64,000 nucleotides of DNA. It comes from Cyanobacteria bacterium P01_F01_bin.150. GTDB taxonomy: Bacteria; Cyanobacteriota; Cyanobacteriia; CAKZMO01. The notes below the pieces were generated by a model. It was not told the DNA's origin. It saw only the letters and a list, made by a program, of their open reading frames with translations, and made no database searches. The first letter of the stretch is position 1. The number at the start of each line of letters is the position of its first letter. Positions 52,201 through 60,400 of the stretch are shown in pieces. The stretch is from NCBI GenBank assembly GCA_039189765.1, contig JBCCYL010000001.1, forward strand, positions 96,001 to 160,000, read 5' to 3'. The position numbers were made by a program, and so were the translations under genes.

Positions 52201-55200
52201 TTGCCCTCACTATTGATGAAGGATCAACTGGAGCATCTTTTACTATTCCAGTCTTCGATAATGCTGAGCCTGCTGATATAGCCCCTGAAGTGTTCGATGG
52301 GCTAGTTGAAGCTACGTTCACGCTGCAAACAGAGGTCAGCACTGAAGATCAGACTGATGTTGGTACTCTAGGTGATTACAGTGTTGGCGATGGAGTAACA
52401 GCCGTTGTTTTCGCAGACACAGCTAGTCAGCTTGAAGGCGCTGAAGGCGGTGAAGGTGCTGAAGGCGGTGAAGGTGCTGAAGGCGGTGAAGGTGCTGAAG
52501 GCGGTGAAGGCGGTGAAGGTGCTGAAGGCGGTGAAGGTGCTGAAGGCGGCGAAGGTGCTGAAGGCGGCGAAGGTGCTGAAGGCGGCGAAGGTGCTGAAGG
52601 CGGCGAAGGTGCTGAAGGCGGCGACGTCACCGTTAGCTTTAGTACTACCTCTGGTACCCTCAGCGAAGTAGATGGTCCCGCACTGGTATTGAACTTCAGT
52701 GTGGATGGCGAAATCCCTGAAGATGGCGTTACAGTCAACATAGAAGGGGATACTGTAGAGATTCTTCAACAGTTCTTGGCTCCAGATGGCGATGGTGCAG
52801 TGCAAACTCGGGTTACCGATCAGGGCACTACCCTTTATCGTTTTGACACTTCCTTCGGTCCTGATGCGGGACTTGAAGGTGGAACGCTGGATGTATTCTC
52901 CCTGGAAGATGGCGACCCAGCGGAAGACAACTCCGACCCAGCGGCAGCCGGAACAGGTTTCTTGAGCAACTTTAGCTTCACCATCACCGAATCGACAGCT
53001 AGCATTACCTTGCCAGTGTCTGATGATATTGTTCAAGAGGCAGACCAGACCTTTAGCTACACACTTGTAGAAGGGGATGGTTACACCGTAGACCCAACTC
53101 AAAACTCAGGTACATTCACCGTCACCGATGGAGTCACTCCTGCTACATCACCAACCGTTGGTGTTACAGTCAGTGAAGCCAACCTAGTCGAAAACGAGCA
53201 AACCAGAACAACACTTACCTTCACTACTGAGGGGGATATCCCTGCTGAAGGGCTGCTGGTTCAGCTACAAGGATCGGCCAGAGCCGTTGCTGAGTTTGAC
53301 GTGAATGGCACGAATAATACCCAACCTCGTTTGCCGGAAGATGAGTTAGAGGTAACAGGTCCTATTGTCACAGGCGGTAACATTGCTGGTACCGATGAGG
53401 TAGCCGGTTCGGTATTCTTCCGAATTACAGAACCTACAGCAACCATAGATATCGCTGTCTTCGATGATATTGTGGCTGAAGGCACTGAGAACTTGACCTT
53501 CAACCTAGTTGATGGCGAAGCCTATGAGGTTGACTCTGCAGCTAGCTCCATTGATGTGACTATCGTTGATGACAACGGCGACCTTGACGACGTCACCGTT
53601 AGCTTTAGCACCACTTCTGGCATCCTTAGTGAAGTCGATGGCCCTGCCTTGGTGCTGAACTTCAGTGTGGATGGCGAAATCCCTGACGGTGGTGTCACAG
53701 TCAACCTGGAAGGGGACACTGCAGAAATTCTGCAGCAGTTCTTGGCTCCGGATGGCGATGGTGCGGTTCAAACTCGGGTTACCGATGAAGGCACTACCCT
53801 TTATCGCTTTGATACCTCCTTTGGCCCTGATGCGGGACTTGTAGGTGGAACACTGGACGTATTCTCCCTAGAAGATGGTGACCCAGCGGAAGACAACTCT
53901 GATCCAGCGGCAGCCGGAACAGGCTTCTTGAGCAACTTTAGCTTCACTATCACTGAGGCAACAGCCAGCATTACCTTGCCAGTGTCGGATGACATTGTTC
54001 AAGAGGCGGACCAAACCTTTAGCTACACACTCGTAGCAGGGGATGGTTACATCGTAGACCCAACTCAAAATTCAGGGACATTCACCGTCACTGATGGGGT
54101 CACTCCTGCCACATCGCCAACCGTCGGTGTTGCAATCAGTGAAACCAACTTAGTTGAAGACGAGCAAACCAGAACAACGATTACCTTCACCACAGAAGGA
54201 GACATCCCTGCCGAAGGACTGTTGGTTCAGCTGCAGGGTTCTGCCAGAGCCATCGCTGAGTTTGATGTGAATGGCACAAATAACACCCAGCCTCGTTTGC
54301 CAGAAGGCGAATTAGAGGTAACGGGTCCTGTTGTCACAGGCGGTAATATCGCTGGTACTGACGAAGTAGCCGGTTCAGTGTTCTTCCGAATTACAGAATC
54401 TACAGCATCAATAGACGTCGCTGTCTTTGATGATGATGTGGAAGAAGGCACTGAGAATCTGACCTTTACACTAGTGGATGGTGAAGCCTATGAGGTTGAC
54501 TCTGCGGCCAGCTCCATTGCAGTGACTATCGAGGATGGTGATAGCTTTGAGGGTTACCAGCCTGGTGACGCTGCTAGATTAGTCACTCCTCCTGCTCCTG
54601 CTCCAACAAATGAGGGAGAGCAAGCTAATGCTGACTTTGTCGATGTATTAGAAGGTGAAGAACTCCTGGATGAGCTACAAGACGGTGGGTACGTAATCTA
54701 CTTCCGTCATGCCATGACAGAGCGCGACTTCGCGGATCAGGTCACAGCAAATGTCGATGACTTCTCTACTCAAAGGGTTGTCAGTGAATTCGGAGTCCAG
54801 CAATCCCTGGCCATTGGCGAAGGATTTGAGGCAGCCGAGATTCCCGTTGGTTCTGTAACCACCAGTGACTATGCTCGTGCAATTGAAACTGCGGCGATCG
54901 CGTTCGGTGAGTATCAGAAGGATTCTGCACTGAACTTCCTGCCGTTTGAGGACTACACTGATGCGCAAATCGAAGAGATGCGGGCTAATGTGCTGCCTTT
55001 CTTAACGGCGGAACCAGAAGCCGGTACAAACAGCGTCATCGTTGGTCACGACGATCTCTTTGAAGCTGGAACGGGCATCTATCCTGATCCTCAGGGTATT
55101 GCTTACGTTCTTGACCCCGATGGTGACGGTGGTTTTGAGATTGTTGCCAACCTATTGCCTGAAGAGTGGATTGAACTGGCTGAATTTGATGGAGGCGACG

Positions 55201-55688
55201 CTCCTGCTGACATCGACTTTGACGAGGTCTTGGAAGTGGGTGATGTGGTCACAGACCAATTTGAGGGTCTAACCATTTCAACGCCTAACAACGAATTTGG
55301 TGCGATGATCTTCGACAGTGCTAACCCCACAGGCGGAGACAAGGACCTCTTAGCACCTGAATTGGGCAACGTTCTGATCATCTCTGAGGATGGTGACAGT
55401 GCTGATCCGGACGACAACATGAGAGGTGGTACGCTGAGCTTCGATTGGGATGACCTAGTCAATGTTGACAAGGTTGGTTTCCTCGATATCGAAGAGCAGG
55501 GCGGCTCTATCAAGCTGTACGGCGTTGACGATGTCCTCATTCAGGAAATTGCTATTCCTGGTATGGGCGATAACAGCATCCAAGACGTATCCATCGGCGT
55601 ATCTGGTGTATCTCGTATGGATGTCATGCTTGCCGGTAGTGGAGCATTAACTGACATCAGCTTCCTCAGCTCAACAGATGCTGCATAG
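49221..55688 (+). CDS. Giant acidic repeat protein 2 (2155 aa): beta-rich repeats, three (EGAEGG)n tracts, two histidine-phosphatase-like domains, shared C-terminal domain
   Basis: GGAG upstream of ATG; two copies of GGYVIYFRHA..TSDY.RA..TA..IVGHDD; three near-identical ~315-aa blocks. Confidence 0.9.
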   Translation: MTIINLSASPTTLIEDQGTRVTFQISLSEAPPTNGLQVNFGTGKDRGLADFLVLPADGAVYDGAFPVASFPDLSGVTLLITSQNPTISFNIFDDADLPADDPNATVNDDVGEEQTTFSILPGDGYTVGDNGSVTLTLLDTEGAEGGEGAEGGEGAEGGEGAEGGEGAEGGEGAEGGEGAEGGEGAEGGEGAEGGEGAEGGEGAEGGEGAEGGEGGEGAEGGEGAEGGEGAEGGDVTVSFSTTSGTLSEVDGPALVLNFSVDGEIPEGGITVNLEGDTAEILQQFLAPDGDGAVQTRVTEEGTTLYRFDTSFVPGAGIEGGTLDVFSLEDGDPAEDNSNPAAAGTGFLSNFSFTITESTASITLPVSDDIVQEADQTFSYTLVAGDGYTVDPTQNSGTFTVTDGVTPATSPTVGVVVSETNLVEEEQTRTTLTFTTAGDIPAEGLLVQLQGPTRAVAEFDVNGTNNTQPRLPEDELEVTGPVVTGGNIAGTDEVAGSVFFRIAEPTASIDIAVFDDDVIEGTENLTFTLVDGEAYEVDSAASSIAVTITDSDGFEGYQPGDAARLVTPPAPAPTNPGEQANADFVDQLEGEELLDELQDGGYVIYFRHAMTERDFADQVTADVNDFSTQRVLSEFGIQQSLAIGEGFELAEIPVGSVTTSDYGRAVKTAAIAFGEYQKDSALNFLPFEDYTDAQIEEMRANVLPFLTTEPEAGENSVIVGHDDLFEAGTGIYPDPQGIAYILDPDGMGGFEIVANLLPEEWVELAEGGEGAEGGEGAEGGEGAEGGEGAEGGEGAEGGEGAEGGEGAEGGEGAEGGEGAEGGEGAEGGEGAEGGEGAEGGEGAEGGEGAEGGEGAEGGEGAEGGEGAEGGEGAEGGEGAEGGEGAEGGEGAEGGEGAEGGEGAEGGEGAEGGEGAEGITVDISSSPNVLVEEDGTNLTVSFELSEAAPAGGLRVFVDSDIPGIVSRLNLPFFAFNPQVENVDPSSFVTSFDNSGFALTIDEGSTGASFTIPVFDNAEPADIAPEVFDGLVEATFTLQTEVSTEDQTDVGTLGDYSVGDGVTAVVFADTASQLEGAEGGEGAEGGEGAEGGEGAEGGEGGEGAEGGEGAEGGEGAEGGEGAEGGEGAEGGEGAEGGDVTVSFSTTSGTLSEVDGPALVLNFSVDGEIPEDGVTVNIEGDTVEILQQFLAPDGDGAVQTRVTDQGTTLYRFDTSFGPDAGLEGGTLDVFSLEDGDPAEDNSDPAAAGTGFLSNFSFTITESTASITLPVSDDIVQEADQTFSYTLVEGDGYTVDPTQNSGTFTVTDGVTPATSPTVGVTVSEANLVENEQTRTTLTFTTEGDIPAEGLLVQLQGSARAVAEFDVNGTNNTQPRLPEDELEVTGPIVTGGNIAGTDEVAGSVFFRITEPTATIDIAVFDDIVAEGTENLTFNLVDGEAYEVDSAASSIDVTIVDDNGDLDDVTVSFSTTSGILSEVDGPALVLNFSVDGEIPDGGVTVNLEGDTAEILQQFLAPDGDGAVQTRVTDEGTTLYRFDTSFGPDAGLVGGTLDVFSLEDGDPAEDNSDPAAAGTGFLSNFSFTITEATASITLPVSDDIVQEADQTFSYTLVAGDGYIVDPTQNSGTFTVTDGVTPATSPTVGVAISETNLVEDEQTRTTITFTTEGDIPAEGLLVQLQGSARAIAEFDVNGTNNTQPRLPEGELEVTGPVVTGGNIAGTDEVAGSVFFRITESTASIDVAVFDDDVEEGTENLTFTLVDGEAYEVDSAASSIAVTIEDGDSFEGYQPGDAARLVTPPAPAPTNEGEQANADFVDVLEGEELLDELQDGGYVIYFRHAMTERDFADQVTANVDDFSTQRVVSEFGVQQSLAIGEGFEAAEIPVGSVTTSDYARAIETAAIAFGEYQKDSALNFLPFEDYTDAQIEEMRANVLPFLTAEPEAGTNSVIVGHDDLFEAGTGIYPDPQGIAYVLDPDGDGGFEIVANLLPEEWIELAEFDGGDAPADIDFDEVLEVGDVVTDQFEGLTISTPNNEFGAMIFDSANPTGGDKDLLAPELGNVLIISEDGDSADPDDNMRGGTLSFDWDDLVNVDKVGFLDIEEQGGSIKLYGVDDVLIQEIAIPGMGDNSIQDVSIGVSGVSRMDVMLAGSGALTDISFLSSTDAA
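49641..49919 (+). repeat. 18-bp coding tandem repeat (EGAEGG), 15.5 units
   Basis: GAAGGTGCTGAAGGCGG(T/C) repeated over 279 bp, with one extra 9-bp half unit. Confidence 0.97.
51510..51968 (+). repeat. 18-bp coding tandem repeat (EGAEGG), about 25.5 units
   Basis: Same unit over 459 bp. Confidence 0.97.
52434..52622 (+). repeat. 18-bp coding tandem repeat (EGAEGG), 10.5 units
   Basis: Same unit over 189 bp, with one extra 9-bp half unit. Confidence 0.97.
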
Positions 55689-55720
55689 GATAGCTAACTA
55701 GTACCGCGTCAGCTTTATTT

Positions 55721-55759
55721 TGAGGGAAAATCCCGTAGGGATTTTCCCCTCATTTATTT
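55721..55759 (+). terminator. Intrinsic terminator after giant gene 2
   Basis: TGAGGGAAAATCCC-gta-GGGATTTTCCCCTCA followed by TTTATTT. Confidence 0.75.
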
Positions 55760-55780
55760 CCTGACAGAGTACTAGCATAT

Positions 55781-55795
55781 TGCAACTATTTGCCA
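55781..55795. promoter_or_regulatory. Weak Fur-box-like site upstream of the PiuC-like gene
   Basis: TGCAACTATTTGCCA (8/14), just after the terminator of giant gene 2. Confidence 0.35.
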
Positions 55796-55976
55796 GTACT
55801 CTGGCTAGCTGCAATGGCTACCAATCAGAGGGGCTGATCAACCTTCTAATATGGAGGTCTTGATCAGTCTCTTTATTTTTTTATAAAGCGATCGCCTTTT
55901 TACCTATTAAGGTGACAAATTGAACGACACTATAATGTAGGACTATTATTTACAACCACTCTATATGTGAAGAAAT

Positions 55977-56639
55977 ATGATTGTTGAAATTCCTAATGTT
56001 TTTTCTCAAAATGAAGTAAAAGATATTGTTGATAAACTTTCTGCCTCAGAATTTATTGATGGAAAGAAAACGGCGGGTTGGAATGCTCGGGCTGTTAAGA
56101 ATAATGAGCAGCTCAAAGCCAGTGATCCTGCTGCTGCTGCTCTCAAGGAGATGGTGAAAACGAAGCTCAACAAAAACTTTCGTTTTCAGTCAACGGTTCG
56201 CCCAAAGAATATCCATACTCTGCTGTTTAGTCGGTACGAAGTCGGCATGTCCTATGGGCGACATAATGACAATGCAATGATGTCGGGGAAATGGCGAACT
56301 GATGTTTCCTTCACCATCTGGCTAACTGCCCCTGAAACCTACAAGGGAGGAGACTTAGTTATTGAAGGCCCAAGTCGTGAATCATCCTATCGTTTAGCCG
56401 CAGGGTCAGCCATTACCTATCCATCCTCAACTCTCCACCGTGTTGATCCAATTACTGAGGGAAGTCGATGGGCGATCGTAGGCTGGGTCCAGAGTTGGAT
56501 AAGAGACCCGGCCCATCGCGAAATTCTATATGATTTGGATACAGCTCGTCGCTCCATTTTTGATACCCATGGCAAAAATAAAGAATTTGATTTGGTGTCT
56601 AAGAGCTTAACTAATCTACTGCGTAGCTGGATGGAGTAA
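55977..56639 (+). CDS. piuC: PKHD-type Fe(II)/2-oxoglutarate dioxygenase (PiuC/YbiX family)
   Basis: FIDGKKTAG..A..VKNNEQ, FSRY..GMSYGRHND (HxD), RTDVSFT, Y.GGDL, YPSSTLHRV.P(I)T.GSR, WVQSWIRD..RE.LYDLD, NLLR.W.E. Confidence 0.9.
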   Translation: MIVEIPNVFSQNEVKDIVDKLSASEFIDGKKTAGWNARAVKNNEQLKASDPAAAALKEMVKTKLNKNFRFQSTVRPKNIHTLLFSRYEVGMSYGRHNDNAMMSGKWRTDVSFTIWLTAPETYKGGDLVIEGPSRESSYRLAAGSAITYPSSTLHRVDPITEGSRWAIVGWVQSWIRDPAHREILYDLDTARRSIFDTHGKNKEFDLVSKSLTNLLRSWME

Positions 56640-56669
56640 AACTAAACCAAAACGCAACTTAATCCCTGA

Positions 56670-56702
56670 TCCCTGAGCTTTTTATCAGCTTTGGGGTTTT
56701 TT
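56670..56702 (+). terminator. Probable terminator after the PiuC-like gene
   Basis: CCCTGAGCT...AGCTTTGGGG hairpin followed by a T-run. Confidence 0.55.
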
Positions 56703-56721
56703 AATATGGCCGTAAGCACTG

Positions 56722-56745
56722 ATGCAAAATTTGCACAAGTGATAC
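56722..56745. promoter_or_regulatory. Palindromic operator candidate, copy 3
   Basis: ATGCAAAATTTGCACAA followed by GTGATAC, upstream of giant gene 3. Confidence 0.5.
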
Positions 56746-56992
56746 TGCCATCTTCTTAAGGCATCGAAATCACTGAATGAGTAATATTTAGGCAGGTGGT
56801 GTGGGCGCGTTGGCTTGCTTACCTCCGCTTTGCCCATAGTGACCTAACCACCGCCTAAAGTTGATCCCCGTTACATTAAAAGAGTGGAAACAATAGATAA
56901 GCTTCCAAGTAGATTAAGTAATATCACCAATGATCACTATAGGAAAAAAAGAGTGTTCAATCTTTATGGGCAATGTTAATATACTAACGAGC

Positions 56993-57013
56993 TATTGCAA
57001 TATAGTCTCAATA
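56993..57013. promoter_or_regulatory. Fur-box-like site upstream of giant protein 3
   Basis: TATTGCAATATAGTCTCAATA: palindromic TATTG/CAATA flanks around a TGCAAT..TCTCA core. Confidence 0.55.
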
Positions 57014-57490
57014 ATTTTGTCTTTAAACAGGTTTAACTATTCTGGTCATAAGCTTTCTTCTGTTGTAAGCTAAACTGAATTGCTTTTTGATTGTGCAACG
57101 CCAGAATTCAGTAATGAGAGACGAGTTCAGACGATAAAAAGAGGGTTTGAGGGTTCTCAAGTATGACGGGACAAAGATGTAAATAGTTAGTGGCCTTTAT
57201 AGTCATTTGCTGTTTTAATTTTGTCTTAATTTTATATTGCTATTGCCAGTAGCCTATCCAACGGTTTTCTAACTTAATTGATCCTTTTGGCTTTCGAGTC
57301 ATGCGGAGGGATCCTGTTGTGGCTGGTGCTGCATTTGTGGCGGTGTGATAGCAAGTATGTCGTTAGTCGTGGAACAGCATTCAACGTTGAGGAAGAGTAT
57401 TCTTTCTCAATTTGTTTAATGCAATGTTCTATTTGTGATGCTCTACCCTATCTTGTGGCCAGCTAGACAATATCGGAGATAGTCCAAACT

Positions 57491-60400
57491 ATGGTACAAG
57501 TCAATTTAGCGACTTCAACGAACTTTAGCGGTGATGCTAATGCCGTTATTGAGGATCAAGGCAATGAGCTAACGTTTGAATTTAGCCTAGATGAGGCAGC
57601 CCCTGCAGGAGGCTTAAAGGTTTATGTTGATAGCAATGTTCCGGAGATCTTAAATCGATTTAATCTACTAGCGTTAGCCTTTGACCCTTCTAGGTTTTCC
57701 AATCTAACAACCAACCAGGAGTCGTTCACCGATTTCTCCAACAGTGGTTTCTCGGTGACCATTAACGCTGGTGCAACGGAAGCCTCAGTCACTATTCCGA
57801 TTTTTGACACTGATGAGTCAATCCCCGATCCGTTCTTCCCAGAGACCTATGATGGATTGACAACGACAACGTTTACCCTCAAGACGCGAGATCAAATTGA
57901 CTCTGCCGATGAGACAAGCCCCAGGGGGAGCACAGGAAATGATTTGGACTCCGTAGAAGGTGATGGTGTCCAGATTAGCGACTACACCATTGGTACCGCT
58001 TCAAGTACCGTTCTGATTGCAGATACGGTCAGTCAGTTACCTGGGCCTGTACCAACCGATGGCTATGACGAAGCTGTTAGTGGAGACATTTCAAACGATC
58101 CCAGCAGCCCTCTTAGCTTGCCTTTAGCTGAAGGGACGACAAGTCTGTCGGCAACCACAGGTAACGCAGACCAGGAGTATGTAACCGTCACGGTTCCAGA
58201 TGGCTTTGAACTTGAATCGTTAGTGCTTGAGTCTTACTCCCCATCCGATGTTTCCTTTATTGGCGTGCAAGAAGGCACAACCTTTACCGAGCCACTGGAC
58301 AACAGCGCAACGCTTAGCGAATTTTTAGGCTACACCCTATTTGGCATTAGTGCTATTGGCACTGACATTCTAGACAATATTGGCAACGGCTCCAATGGTG
58401 CAAACTTTGGTGGGCAGGGATTTGAAGGGCCACTACCTTCCGGTGACTATACGTTTGCCATACAGCAGCTTGGTGGTCCTAGCGATTACGAATTAAGCTT
58501 CAATATTGCTGCTGTTGATGACGGCGATGGCGGCGGCGATGGCGGCGATGGCGGCGGCGATGGCGGCGATGGCGGCGGTGGTGACGGCGGCGGTAACGAT
58601 GGGCCTCCCGTAGTTAGCTTTGAAGTGGTGCCAAACACCTTCTCAGAAGAGTCCGCAAACAATTTAGTCGAATGGAAGTGGACCGTTACCGGTGAGTTCC
58701 CCGAAGATGGCCTCATCGTCAACCTCGATACCTCTGGAGGAGATGAACCCTTTGCCTTTACTGGACAATTTGCCGCTCAACCCGAACCCGAATTTATCAA
58801 CGCAGACATCGTTGATTTTGACTTTAGCGGCAGACTCAATATTCAGCTATCCGAGCCTGAAGCATCATTTAAGCTCTACTTTATTGACGACATCATTGAA
58901 GAAGGCACCCAAACCTTTGAATTCCGACTTGTAGATGGCGAAGGCTACACCGTAGACTCAGCCCTCAACGGCAGTGTCTTTACCATTACTGATGATAATG
59001 GGGGTCCCGGTTTCGGTCCCACCGTTGGTCTGTCCGTGTCCGAGACGGACTTGGCCGAAGGCGACCCTCTAACCGTTACCTTTACGACTGAAGGTGATAT
59101 TCCTGATGACGGGGTACAGGTCCTGGTTCAAAGTGATGTATTTGGTGCTCTGGGGCAATTTGAGCTAGCCGACCTAAACAACATCACCACCACTGGCATT
59201 GCAGGCTTGCCTGAAGTCGGTGACGGGGGCGGCAGTAGTTTCTTGGTCACCATCACCGACCCCATCGCAACAATTGATCTAAGCGTCTTTGATGACATCT
59301 TGTCGGAAGACCCTCTCGATATCGCATTCACTCTGGCCAATGGTGAAGAATATGAGGTAGACCCTGACGCTGCCGGTGTGACCCTAACCATTTCCGATGA
59401 AGTTCAGCCTGCCGGACCGACGGTTGGGCTGAGCGTTGATAAAACCACCGTAGTAGAAGGTGAGGCATTGACCCTCACTATTGCCGTGGACGGAGAGATT
59501 CCTCCAGAGGGATTACAGGTTCTGATTAATGATGTGGACAGCGTGCAAAATCAAGTCAGAAGTCTGACTGAGTTTGATATTGCCAGCGTGCAAACGGAAG
59601 GGATTGATGGGTTCCCCATCCCTGCAGAGGGCGACAGCGGGTTCTTTGTAACAGTCACTGAACCTACGGCTACGATTACGCTAAATGCATTTGATGAGGG
59701 TGCGGACGAAGACGAAGCGGCTGAATCATTTACCTTTGCGGTGATTGATGGAGAAGCCTATGAGGTAGACCCAGATGCCAGCGGTGTCACGGTCAACATT
59801 GTTGACGTAGCTGACGCTTCAGAGACGCCCGTCGTCACTCTCACCGTAACGCCGCTTGCTAGTGAAGATGACAATCAAACCATAACTCTTACTTTCAATG
59901 TTGAAGGGGAAATCCCAACAGATGGGCTACCCATTACAATTGAGGGTGACTTTCTAACCCTGTTTGATCCACAACTTCGCCTGCTTAATCAAAATATTCC
60001 TTTGGCAATTGAACCAGCGACCGGTCTTGTCCCCATCGCCAATCGAGGCAGCGAATTTGATATTGCGCTTACAGCGCCGGAAGTAACCGTTTCTGTTGTC
60101 CTCTTTGATGACATCCTTGAAGAAGAAGCTCTGGAACTAAGTTTCGCGGTATCAGAAGGAGATGGCTATATTGTTGGTGGAGATGGCCCAGCAACCGTTA
60201 CCATTGTGGACGGTGATAGTGTGACTCCTGGCAGCGGTCCAACTGTTAGCCTCTCGGTCACCAACACTAGTGTGGCAGAAGGTGATGAGCTTACAGTTAA
60301 CTTTGATGTGGATGGTGCCATCCCGGATAGCGGTCTTACTGTTTTTGTAGATGGTCCTCCTGCGGCAATCGGCGAATTCGCAATCTTTGATGAGAACAAC

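Noticed and set aside
49592..52741. ORFs encoding (PSAPSP)n, (VLKA(A/V)K)n and (FSTF(T/A)A)n
   Set aside because: Alternative-frame and antisense shadows of the stop-free 18-bp EGAEGG tandem repeats.
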